Below, in pieces: positions 1-11,329 of a DNA stretch of 64,000 nt (the stretch's first letter is position 1; every line of letters starts with the position of its first letter). Under the pieces are notes generated by a model. That model was given only the letters and a program-made list of their open reading frames with translations, made no database searches and was not told the origin of the DNA. A program made the translations under genes and the position numbers. Origin of the DNA: Chrysomallon squamiferum. Taxonomy: Eukaryota > Animalia > Mollusca. The DNA lies in the NCBI GenBank assembly GCA_012295275.1, contig CM022671.1, positions 15,190,001-15,254,000 of the forward strand, in the 5' to 3' direction.

Positions 1-142
1 GTCAAGCTTACCTCGCTCTGTGTCATTTTGGCCCATGTCAAATTCATCTTTGATTCATGTGGTCAAAAATGAAATTGTTGAACATCTGTAAACTCCACTT
101 TGTAGTTTTCTTCAGCATTGGCAACACTTGGGCCTTGTCCTC

Positions 143-2120
143 CACAGGGATACCCATATTTATTGTTGTCAGACACAGACTATATGTCTGCTGTTGTTGT
201 AGTGGTAAAACACTAGGGATACCCATATTTATTGTTGTCAGACATTGACTACATGTCTGTTGTTGTAGTGGTAAAACACAAGGGATGCCCTTATTTATTG
301 CTGCCAGACACACACTACATGTCTGCTGTTGTTGTAGTGGTAAAACACTAGGGATACCCATATTTATTGTTGTCAGACATTGACTACATGTCTGCTGTTG
401 TTGTAGTGGTAAAACACTAGTGATACCCCTATTTATTGTTGTCAGATATCACTACATGTCTGCTGTTATAGTGGTAAAACACTAGTGATACATCTAGTTG
501 TTGTTGTCAGATATCAACAACATGTAAAACAAAACACTAGTGATACCCATATTTATTGTTGTCAGACACTGACTTCATGTCTGTTGTAGTGGTAAAACAC
601 TAGGGATACCCATATTTATTGTTGTCAGACACACACTACATGTCTGCTGTTGTTGTAGTGGTAAAACACTAGGGATACCCATATTTATTGTTGTCAGACA
701 CACACTACATGTCTGCTGTTGTTGTAGTGGTAAAACACTAGGGATACCCTTATTTATTGTTGTCAGACATTGTCTACATGTCTGCTGTTGTTGTAGTGTT
801 AAAACACTAGGGATACCCTTATTTATTGTTGTCAGACATTGTCTACATGTTTGTTGTTGTTGTAGTGTTAAAACACTAGGGATACCCCTATTTATTGTTG
901 TCAGACATTGTCTACATGTTTGTTGTTTTTGTAGTGTTAAAACACTAGGGATACCCTTATTTATTGTTGTTAGACATTGACTACATGTCTGCTGTTGTTG
1001 TAGTGGTAAAACACTAGGGATACCCATATTTATTGTTGTCAGACACACACTACATGTCTGCTGTTGTTGTAGTGTTAAAACACTAGGGATACCCATATTT
1101 ATTATTGTCACACATTGACTACATGTCTGCTGTTGTTGTAGTGGTAAAACACTAGGGATACACTTATTTATTGTTGTCAGACACACACTACATGTCTGCT
1201 GTTGTTGTAGTGGTAAAACACTAGGGATACCCTTATTTATTGTTGTCAGACATCAACTACATGTCTGCTGTTGTTGTAGTGATAAAACACTAGGGATACC
1301 CTTATTTATTGTTGTCAGACATTGTCTACATGTTTGTTGTTGTTGTAGTTGTGAAACACTAGGGATACCCTTATTTATTGTTGCAGACACACACTACATG
1401 TCTGCTGTTGTTGTAGTGGTAAAACACTAGGGATACAATTATTTATTGTTGTCAGACATTGTCTACATGTCTGCTCTTTTTGTAGTGGTAAAACACTAGG
1501 GATACCCATATTTATTGTTGTCAGACATTGTCTACATGTCTGCTCTTTTTGTAGTGGTAAAACACTAGGGATACCCATATTTATTGTTGTCAGACATTGT
1601 CTACATGTCTGCTGTTGTTGTAGCAGTAAAACACTAGGGATACCCATATTTATTGTTGTCAGACATCAACTACATGTCTGCTGTTGTTATAGTGGTAAAA
1701 CACTAGGGATACCCATATTTATTGTTGTCAGACATCAACTACATGTCTGCTGTTGTTGTAATGGTAAAACACTAGTGATACCCATATTTATTGTTGTCAG
1801 ACATACACTACATGTCTGCTGTTGTTGTAGTGGTAAAACACTAGGGATACCCTTATTTATTGTTGTCAGACATACACAACATGTCTGCTGTTGTTGTAGT
1901 GGTAAAACACTAGGGATACCCTTATTTATTGTTGTCAGACATACACTACATGTCTGCTGTTGTTGTAGTGGTAAAACACTAGGGATACCCTTATTTGTTG
2001 TTGTCAGACATTGACTACATGTCTGCTGTTGTTGTAGTGGTAAAACACTAGGGATACCCTTATTCATTGTTGTCAGACATTGACTACATGTCTGCTGTTG
2101 TTGTAGTGGTAAAACACTAG
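143..2120. repeat. 69-bp minisatellite, ~28-29 tandem copies
   Basis: Unit TAGGGATACCCWTATTTATTGTTGTCAGACA-var-CTACATGTCTGCTGTTGTTGTAGTGGTAAAACAC recurs with 69-bp period (e.g. 601 to 670); explains the repetitive 23-aa minus-strand ORFs. Confidence 0.97.
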
Positions 2121-2220
2121 AACCAGTTAATGACATAGAGTGGGGTTTATCTGTTTCCTTTTTTCTTTTTTTCTTCTCAATAATCTTTCTTTTCTTTTTT
2201 TGTTTTGTTCCCCCACATCA

Positions 2221-2580
2221 CTCCATCTGTTTATCACTGGAACTCGGCAATGTAATTTAATGACATTTTCTCAGTCATCTTTGAGCATTCGTGATCAGGT
2301 ATTCCCCATGTAATACTTCAACCAACATTCCCAGGTCAAGAACACTGGGTGGGTAGGTCCCATCAGGTGAGCAGATGTCACATCACCAGTATCATCACCC
2401 AGACGTCCTTGTCACTGAAGGACCCACCCCACAAGTCATCATAATACAGTCCTGTGGCTGTGCACTTCTGCTCCTGGAACTTTGATGCAGGACTGCTGTG
2501 TTCCCTGATCTCATTGATGCACCCTTTGTAGATATATGTCATGGTTACAGACAACTCTGATATCAGCATGTCAATCTGGT
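2221..2580 (+). repeat. Left arm of a diverged ~350-bp inverted repeat (partner 4315-4665)
   Basis: Reverse complement aligns by eye to 4315-4665 (shared blocks CCTTCAGTG, CTGGGTGA, CCAGTGTTC, CTGGGAATGTT, CATGGGGAATA, CAGTGATAAACA), roughly 70% identity. Confidence 0.85.
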
Positions 2581-2599
2581 TGTTATTTGTGTATGGTTA

Positions 2600-3290
2600 C
2601 TAATATGTATGCCAGTGTTTGTATGTGTGCATGCGTATGTGTGTGAAATAATGTGTGTCAGTGTGTGTGTGTGTGTATGTGTGAAATAATGTGTCTGTGT
2701 GTGTTTGTGTGTGTGTGAAAAAAATGTGTGTCAGTGTATGTGTGTATTAATGTGTCAGTGTGTATATTAATGTGTCAGTGTATGTGTATATTAATGTGTC
2801 AGTGTGTGCATTAATGTGTCAGTGTGTGTATTAATGTGTCTGTGTGTCTATTAATGTGTCAGTGTGTGGTAATGTGTCAGTGTGTTTGTGTATTAATGTG
2901 TGTCTGTGTATATGTGTATAAATTGTGTGTATGTATTAATGTGTGTGTATATATGTGTATAAATTGTGTGTATGTATTGTCAGTGTGTATGTGTATTGTA
3001 TGTGTATGTATTAATGTCAGTGTGTATGTGTACTAACATGTGTATATGTGTTTTGTACTAATATGTGTGTTTGTGTATACTGATATATTTTTCAGTGTGT
3101 GTGATATTAATATGTATATCACTGAATGTGTTGACTAATATTTCTGCACTTGGTGTGTATATAAAATGTATGATAGTGTTTATGTACTGATATATAGCAG
3201 TGTGTGTGTGTATTAATGTGTGGCAGTGGCAATGTGTGTGTGTTACTAATACCTATGCCAGTATTTGTATGTGTGTGTATATTATGAGCA
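2600..3290. repeat. TG-rich low-complexity tract with ~20-bp subrepeat
   Basis: (TG)n runs and repeated TTAATGTGTCAGTGTGT. Confidence 0.9.
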
Positions 3291-3379
3291 TGGTTTTCTT
3301 CTGTATGAAAGTTTAATAAATTAACATAAAATTTCAGATGTTCAAAATAAATAATTGGAATTAACAGAATTATACTATA

Positions 3380-3381
<2 letters not shown>

Positions 3382-3433
<52 letters not shown>
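3382..3433. repeat. (TTA)n microsatellite
   Basis: Direct reading. Confidence 0.95.
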
Positions 3434-3529
3434 TATACCATTAAACAATTTCACTTATTCCTTACTTTTTTTTTTATTCATATTTCTTTTTCTTGACTTT
3501 TTAAAAATGTTTGCTAAATATCTTTATAA

Positions 3530-3688
3530 CTTTTGATGTGATATACTAAGTGATCTCACATATTCTTGTTTTCCTTGCAAAATTCTTTTACTTCTTTTAA
3601 TAAAGTGTCTTGTCCTACTGAATAAATCAGGCCAAACTGAACTGTTTAAAGCATTCATTAACAACATCTGTTGTTGTACACAGTCATC
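3530..3688 (+). repeat. ~155-bp direct duplication, second copy at ~5657-5815
   Basis: CTTTTGATGTGATATACTAAGTGATCTCACATATTCT...AACAACATCTGTTGTTGTACACAG present twice, about 90% identical by eye. Confidence 0.9.
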
Positions 3689-4314
3689 TTTGATGGTCTG
3701 GGCAGGAATAATGAGTGACCAACATATATTGGAATGAAGTCATTGTTCCTGTAGGGCTGACAGATCAGAAGAGATTTAAAAGTTTTTACAAACATTTGTT
3801 TGATATTAAACTTGTATAACATCATATATTTCCTCATTTTCTAAAACCTTCAAAATTACTTTTTTTTTTTTTTTTGGTCTAATTTTGACTAATATCACAT
3901 TTTCCAACTCTGTGATGGTCTGAGCAGGAGCAGTGAATGATCAGAAAACTCTGGGTTGAAATCATTGTTCCTGTGGAGCAGACAGGTCATCACAGATATT
4001 TTTTTACCTCTTTCACTTGTTTTATTAGTAATCTAATGTGAAAGAAATAGTGATACAGTGACAGATATCTCTATGATTGTCATTACATTGTTATGAGAAT
4101 AGTTTCAAACTTCATTTGTATTATTCATTCTTATTATTTCATTTATCTTTAAAAAAATCTAGTTTAATTATAGTTGAAGTAAATAGTGACTCATTAGCTA
4201 CTGGACTATAATCACTATTTCTTTCAACAGACTGATATTTATTAAACATAATTTACTAATAGTACTAATAATCAGCACATCTCTATTGAGCACATTCTAC
4301 TAACAACAAGTAAG

Positions 4315-4665
4315 AGCCAGAGTTTACATGTGTGATTCAGATTTCTGTAAACATGACATTTCTGTACAATGGATGCACCATGATTTCTGGTAACGGTTGC
4401 AGGATGAATGCGCTCATGTCGGGGTTCCATGGGTGGGGTGCACATACTCAGGACTGGTGGTGGCTTGTGAGGTCGCTCCTTCAGTGGCAGGGATTTTCTG
4501 GGTGACGATGCTGCTGATGGGGCATCTGTCCACCTGGTGGGTCACTCCTGTCCAGTGTTCATGGACTGGGAATGTTACACATGGGGAATATCTCATCATG
4601 GATGGTCAACAGATGCTGGGAGTGTCATCAAGTTGCACTGTTGAATTTCAGTGATAAACATGGAA
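4315..4665 (-). repeat. Right arm of diverged inverted repeat (partner 2221-2580)
   Basis: See partner; followed by CA-rich and (GACA)n simple repeats at 4665-4835. Confidence 0.85.
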
Positions 4666-5467
4666 CACACACAGAAACATGCACACACACAGAAACATGC
4701 ACACACACTCAGAAACATGCACATACACTCTCACACACACACATTCCACACACACACATTCCACATGCACATTCCACACATTGACATACATGTACATATA
4801 AACACAGCAGAGACAGACAGACAGACAGACAGACAAAACAGAAAGAAAAAGAAAAGAAACATAGAAGAAAAAAAGAAACACTACCTCTGTTTGTTACAAT
4901 GATTAAATTGGAAATAAATTTTGGTGCAGTCAATAATATTGTTTATGGTTTAAATTTTATAATTTTTTTTTTATAAGCTTTAATATATTAAGGGGAAAAC
5001 CATATACAATGTACATGTGACCATTTGGGCAAGAAAAGTTATTTAAAACATTTCTTCCAGGTAAAACAGTGTGAGTTTACACATTACATTTTAACTCAAA
5101 CCTTATCAACTTTTGTTTCTTTAACTCAGGATTGAATATCTCAATTCCAACTGTAGAAAGGTTATATTGAATATACATAGAAAGGTATATTCTACATAGT
5201 TTTTTTTGAAATGATTTTTTAATATATATATTTGGCAAATGACGCAGGGCTAAATATATCAATTATTACTTGAAAAATGTATCCCAAATTTTATATTAGA
5301 GATCAGTTATATACTTTGTGAGAATAAAATGACAGGTGATTTATTTAAATTTTATTATTATTATTTTAATGAGTTTATAACAGTATTCCTGCTTTTGTAT
5401 GTATGTATATATAATTATTTTATATCACATTTTTACTTGGTTTTAAAAAATGTATTTTATAAACAGT

Positions 5468-5506
<39 letters not shown>

Positions 5507-5899
5507 AAAATTATGTTGTAACAAGTAAAAGCCACAGCTGTTCAGTACAAAATGTTGATTTGTATAAAGTCACAATCAGCAAATTTCAACCTTTGTACTA
5601 TTGTTTATTGCCTAATTGAAATTAATTAAAAAGATAAAAGAATTGAAAAAAAGGACTTTTGATGTGATATACTAAGTGATCTCACATATTCTAGTTTTCC
5701 TTGCAAATTTTTTTTTATTTCTTTTAATGAAGTGTTCTGTCTTACTGAATAAATCATGCCAAACTGAACTGTTTAAAGCATTGCCATTAACAACATCTGT
5801 TGTTGTACACAGCCATGGCTCTGTATTCCTATGTCGCCTGTCAACTTAACAAGAATGTCATCTTTTTCTAGTTAATCAGTACTGACAGTGGCATTAGCA

Positions 5900-6445
5900 C
5901 TAATCAAAAAGTGTGACCATAAGAGGCATGTTCCCTTCACTATCACATATACAGTATTTGGCATCATTAGCCCAACTCTTTACTGTCTGGTGAAGGTTGG
6001 AAAGTGACTATGATAAACTCACTCCATCTCTTTATTATCACAGTTGCAGTATTTTGCATTGAAAAGAAAGTGTGACTATGACAAACATACTTAGCACTTT
6101 ACTGTCAAAGTCACACTATCAGGCGAAGGTCAGAAAGGGTGGCTATGACACATCCAGTGCTTTACTGTCATAGTTGCACTGTCAGGCGAAAGTCAGAAAG
6201 GGTGGCTATGACACATCCAGTGCTTTACTGTCATAGTTGCACTGTCAGGCGAAGGTCAGAAAGGGTGACTATGACAGGCACACTCTAGCGCTCTGTCACA
6301 GTCGCACTGTCAGGCGAAGGTCAGAAAGGGTGACTATGACAGACACTCCAACACTCTGTCACAGTCGCACTGTCAGGTGAAGGTCAGAAAGGGTGACTAT
6401 GACAACCGTATTTCAGGACTTCATTGTCACAGTCACACTGTCAAT
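5900..6445. repeat. ~63-bp tandem repeat with internal inverted repeat, ~8 copies, degenerate leftwards
   Basis: AGGCGAAGGTCAGAAAGG at 6121, 6184, 6247, 6312, 6375; each unit has GTGACTATGACA...TGTCAYAGTYGCAC. Confidence 0.9.
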
Positions 6446-6888
6446 AGCTAAAACTGTCAAGACTGCTCCCTTTTTTGTTAGTGTCACTGGCATTGGTTAA
6501 ATTATATACAGACAACATTTATTATTATTTTAAAAAAATATTTTGATATATTGGGCGACATTTATAGAATATATTCAGTAATTTTTGTGAATGTTATGTC
6601 ATTGTTAACTTATACCATATTTTTATTTGTGTTATTATAAATCTGTAAATATCATTATTTTTTAACTCCTAATGTTTTTTTTTTTTTTTTTTGTTTTGTA
6701 TATGATATTTTTATTGTTAGCATTTTGTTACAATGCTAAATTTATGGTGTTTTTTAAATCTTTAATCCAAAATTGATTAAATATATAGGTTTATATTGTT
6801 ACTGTTAATCAATACTGTATATCTAAATATGTTTTTCAGTTTAATTTGTATTCATTTTTTATTTTTAACTGACATTGGGTTTTTTGTT

Positions 6889-6921
<33 letters not shown>

Positions 6922-7099
6922 TGTCTGTATTTTTAAATAATACTTTTTAATGTAGCATTCTATTACAATGCTAAATTTATGTTTTAATTCCCTAATCTAA
7001 AATTGTTTATGTATATTTATATCTGACTTCTGTGAATATTTTAAACTGATGTTTCAATACTTACTATTATTTTAATTTTATTTTAAACTTGAATGACTG

Positions 7100-8620
7100 G
7101 CCATTGTTAGACATAAAATATTCTGTGTGCTGTTATTGCAGTGTGAAACAATAAATATCTGAATAAAGGATATAAATGAATTTGTCATTTGTTTGTTTTA
7201 TTTTATTTGTTTAATTTATTAGATTTCTAATTTTTGCATGTTACGTTTATTTACAATTCTGTTAAGAGAATCATTGTGAAAAAGAGAATTTGATTAGTGA
7301 ATGACAACAAATTTCCTGTGAAGAATTTAAATTACACAACACTGTCAATGACAAGGTTTACTTCATAATTTACAGTTTTACATATATTTATGAATACAAT
7401 GTTGATATCCATATTACTTTTCATTCAAGATGAGTTTGAAATAAATATATTTTTTCTTATTTGGACTGGAATGTAATAAGAGATAATAAGTTTTATAATT
7501 TTTTCAGTGAATAATCATAAAACTTAAAACCCCCCCAAAAAAATAATTGGCAAATATTTATTTGATCAAATGGAAATCGTTAATTTGACGAAAGTGTGAC
7601 CATGACAATCATGCTTTTCAACTCTTTTCTGATAATAATACTGACATTGGTTAGAAAATGTGCCCATGTCAGGCGAGTTTAATTATTTTGCTGTTGCATA
7701 GGTAATGAAAATTTGTGTGTTAAAGGTTTGTTTATTATTGTCATAAAGATTGTTATTTGAAGAATTTTTTGTTGTTGTACTTGAAGTTGTTTAGTTTTGA
7801 AGAATATTAAGCACATTTATGTAATTTTACTTTTTAATTATTTAATTAAAGACTGATTCATTAAACATGTTGTTATTACTTTTGCATTATTAATGCCTTG
7901 ACACAAATAACTATAATTTATAATTTTTATCTATATTTTGAAACATAATTTCTATTGTAAAGCAGTCTTTCTGCTGTTATGTTGATATTTTTCATATTTT
8001 AAATTTGTTTTACTAATTTTAGGATTATTATTGCTATTATTTATATTATTATTATTTTTTTTTTTTTTTTTTTTTTTTTACTTATTTGAAATTGAGTAGA
8101 TATTTGAATGTATTATTTTTAATATATGGCTATTTTTTATCACCTTGAAACCTGTATATCATTCTGTGTGGTGTTACTCCATAGTGAAACAGTAGATGTC
8201 TGAATAAAATATACAACTGAATTTGTAATTTGTTTGTTTTACTTTATTTAATTATTTGTTTAATTTGTAATTCTAACATATTATGTCTATTCTGTGTAAG
8301 AAAACCATGAATTTTGATGAAATATAAATAATCAGGAACATTTGATTAAGGTACTTTAACAATAAAATATTTGTGAAGGATTTAAAATGTTATAGCAGTA
8401 TGAAAGACAAGCTTTACTTCAGAATTTTCAGTTTTACATATATTTATAAAAAACTGAAAGTATTAATACCCCAAATTAATCTTGGGACTGGGTATCATCC
8501 AAACTTGCAAGAAACACATTCATTGAAAATGAGTTTTGAAATGAAGATCTTCCTATTTTGGATAGGAAGGTGATCAGAAACAAGTATTATCACTTTATCA
8601 GTGAAAATAAAACTTTGAAA
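7100..8620 (+). repeat. Old diverged direct duplication (~7100-7520 vs ~8150-8620)
   Basis: Collinear blocks ATTCTGTGTG.TGTTA, TCTGAATAAA, GACAAG.TTTACTTCA, CAGTTTTACATATATTTAT, GATGAGTTT(T)GAAAT offset by ~1.05 kb. Confidence 0.75.
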
Positions 8621-8731
8621 AAAGCTTATGAAAAACATTATGTTAAAAGAAACTTTTAAGGCAAATGTCCTTGTCTATTTCCATCTGGAAGGATATCGCA
8701 GAAGTGGCTATATCTAAGATCCAGTTTTTAC

Positions 8732-9010
8732 ATAAGGTTGTGTTATTCTGCATCGGTTTTCACTGCTGAATTTCAGGCCATTATTAAAGCCCTGGAAGAA
8801 ATTAAACATTCCTTTGCATCCAAATGTATTATTTTTGCAAACTCACTTTCGTGTCTTCCCGCTTTACAGCACATGCATTTGGAGAATCCCTTGACTGCGG
8901 TAGTTATACGAAAGTGTGTCTTATTATCTAATGCCAATACAAATATTATTAATATTTTTGTTTGGGGGTACTCAGCCATGTTGGCATCGCTGGCAAAGAA
9001 AAGGCTGTAT
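8732..9010 (+). mobile_element. RNase H fragment of an I-group (Nimb/I-like) non-LTR retrotransposon, frameshifted
   Basis: SASVFTAEFQAIIKAL...IIFANSLSCL..L..NPL, then in a shifted frame W-VLSHVGIAGKEKA, matching the WVPSHVGIxGNExAD motif of LINE RNase H. Confidence 0.88.
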
Positions 9011-9479
9011 TTCTATTTATTGTTAATAGGAAAGAAACTGATTTACCATATTAATAATAAACTAAACAAACAAACAAATATAAATAAATAAACAAATAAC
9101 TGAAATAAATAAATACTTTTTTTTTAGAGAAACACAAGAAAACGATTTGTGTGAAACTATTAGCCTGCTAATAATAAATAAAAATTATAAATAAATAAAT
9201 AACACGCCTTACACTATTTTATGATAAAGATATTAAAATGAACAATTGCTGCCGCGTATAAAATTCTTGAGACACAAAGTATTTTTGACATGACGAGGAA
9301 AGCTTAACTATGGTGCTATGGAAAGTAGGTACAAATTTATTTTTTCTAAGATTGTGCATAAATCTGTTATTATTATCAAGACGTTTCTGGGTAATTTGGT
9401 GACAGCTTGGCGTTTTCTTTATAATTAATGCTTTAACTAGCTTTCCTCTGATGATATTTTATTATATTACGAATCCACA

Positions 9480-9710
9480 GTGATATGTGTTCACGTGTTA
9501 CAGCACGTGAGAGGCGTGACGACGCATTCGCTGTCAAATCAGTAATCACGAATAGCCTAATTTCAAACACGAATTCGTCAGTTGAATGGGACTGAAACTT
9601 TTTGGATGTATATTTTATTGTTGAAATATTTACTTCCAACATATAAAGCGCAGAATGTGTTTATTGCATACATTCAGTGTAGGTTGTCGTTGTTTCATGG
9701 CAAGTAAACT
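9480..9710 (+). promoter_or_regulatory. Candidate Pol II promoter: CpG cluster, two CACGTG E-boxes, TATAAAG (9642), TCAGT initiator-like (9674)
   Basis: Motifs read directly; the local CpG density contrasts with the flanks; function inferred only. Confidence 0.35.
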
Positions 9711-9973
9711 ACATTATTTCGGAGTAGATAGTATCGTGTGTTTTAGCTTGTATTCACTCAACACGAACAAAGTAAACACGGATATCAACGTTCTCTGTAT
9801 CATTGCATCTGACTTACAAAAGATAATTTGTTTTTCGTTTCACTATGAATTCTAGAATGAAGATTCTTCCATAAACCAGCAGACGTTTTCACGAGAAGGA
9901 AGAAAACCCCCCAGAGATAAACCAAAATAAGATAAGTACATAAACAAAAGTGACAGAGGTCATTTAATGAAAA

Positions 9974-9974
<1 letters not shown>

Positions 9975-10007
<33 letters not shown>

Positions 10008-10135
10008 GTAATAATAAATTAATAATAATAATAATAATAAATTAATAATAATAATAATAATAATAATAAATTAATAATATTAATAATATTAATAACAATA
10101 ATAATAACAACAATAACAACAACAATAATAATATA
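9975..10135. repeat. (AAT)n/(AAC)n microsatellite
   Basis: Direct reading. Confidence 0.95.
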
Positions 10136-10228
10136 GCAGCGTTCATTTGAGATAAGTATTGATAGCTGTCTTTAATCTAAATACCTGGTGTAATTAATGA
10201 ACTAATTTTCTTTTAAATATTTCCTCAG

Positions 10229-10254
10229 ATTAATTAAGATTAAAAGTACACCAG
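10229..10254 (+). other. Candidate 26-nt micro-exon upstream of the array
   Basis: ACTAAT branch-like motif, pyrimidine tract, TTCCTCAG acceptor, exon, CAG|GTATGA donor. Confidence 0.4.
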
Positions 10255-11329
10255 GTATGAAACAACCGAGGCAAAACATCAAACCAGACTGAGCTAAATC
10301 ACTTACTGCTTTAAATAGACAGTTGCATATAGAAAAGTACTGAAAAATAGATTAAACAGCTGTATTATTCGAGTTACAATTTATTTAATTTTTGTTAACA
10401 CTTTCTATCATAATTTCAAAAGCAACACATTTAATATCAGCTTCTGTAAAGGAGAAATGACAAGCAGGGATATTACGAAATTAAATATATAAACATTTTA
10501 AAAGTGGTATAAATCGATAAGATATCAATAATTTGCTCTGCCCGTGATGTTATTGATATTTTGGTGAATCAGACTTGTTACTGATATTAAACTGCTCTAA
10601 CCTGTAAAAGACTTTTATTCTTGTATGTTTTGTTTGAAAATATGGCAGACATGTTAGAGATTAACTGCTCCCTTATCTTTAACAGACTTGCCCAAAATCC
10701 ATGGATTAATTAAACATAACTAGTTGTTATTTCAGTGGAAGTTAGTAACAGGTCTGTTGTTTAGCCATTCATAAAGTTAATTTCTTTCATTTCCTGCTTT
10801 GTCAAATTTCCTTTTTCTTGGAATGGATATCTGTTTAAAAACATATCAACATACAATTCAAACCTCTTCATACTAAGTTTTTGTGAGTCATTCATTATAC
10901 TCCATCAGCAAATACCAAATCATTTTGAGCTGGTCTGATACATAACATTCCTTTCATCTAAAATCACTGAGATTTAAAAAAAATATATTTAATTTGTAGT
11001 AATTAGTCTATTTAGATTTATCCAGCTTGATTATTATGTCTAATTATTTAAAGGAGGACAGAGATTTAGAAAATAAACTATAGCAACTGAATCTGTCTTG
11101 TAGATTTTGAAATTTATTATGATTATTATTATTATTATTATTAGTTTAAATATTTTTTAAATATAAATTTACTTAAATTATTATTTGCACTTTTCAATTA
11201 AATCTTGCACAGAATTATTAGAATGTAAATAATTGCAACAAAGCTTTATTTTTTAATTCAAGTCACACCGCCTGTAAAGAAATTGAATGTTAAAAATTAA
11301 AAAACTTTCGAAATAAAACAATTAATAAT

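Noticed and set aside
575-2136. CxxC-containing 23-aa repeat protein from minus-strand ORFs
   Set aside because: Frame is broken by stops and indels between units; openness follows from the unit length being a multiple of 3
143-6445. CRISPR-like arrays (69-bp and 63-bp hairpin repeats)
   Set aside because: No unique spacers, no cas genes, eukaryotic context
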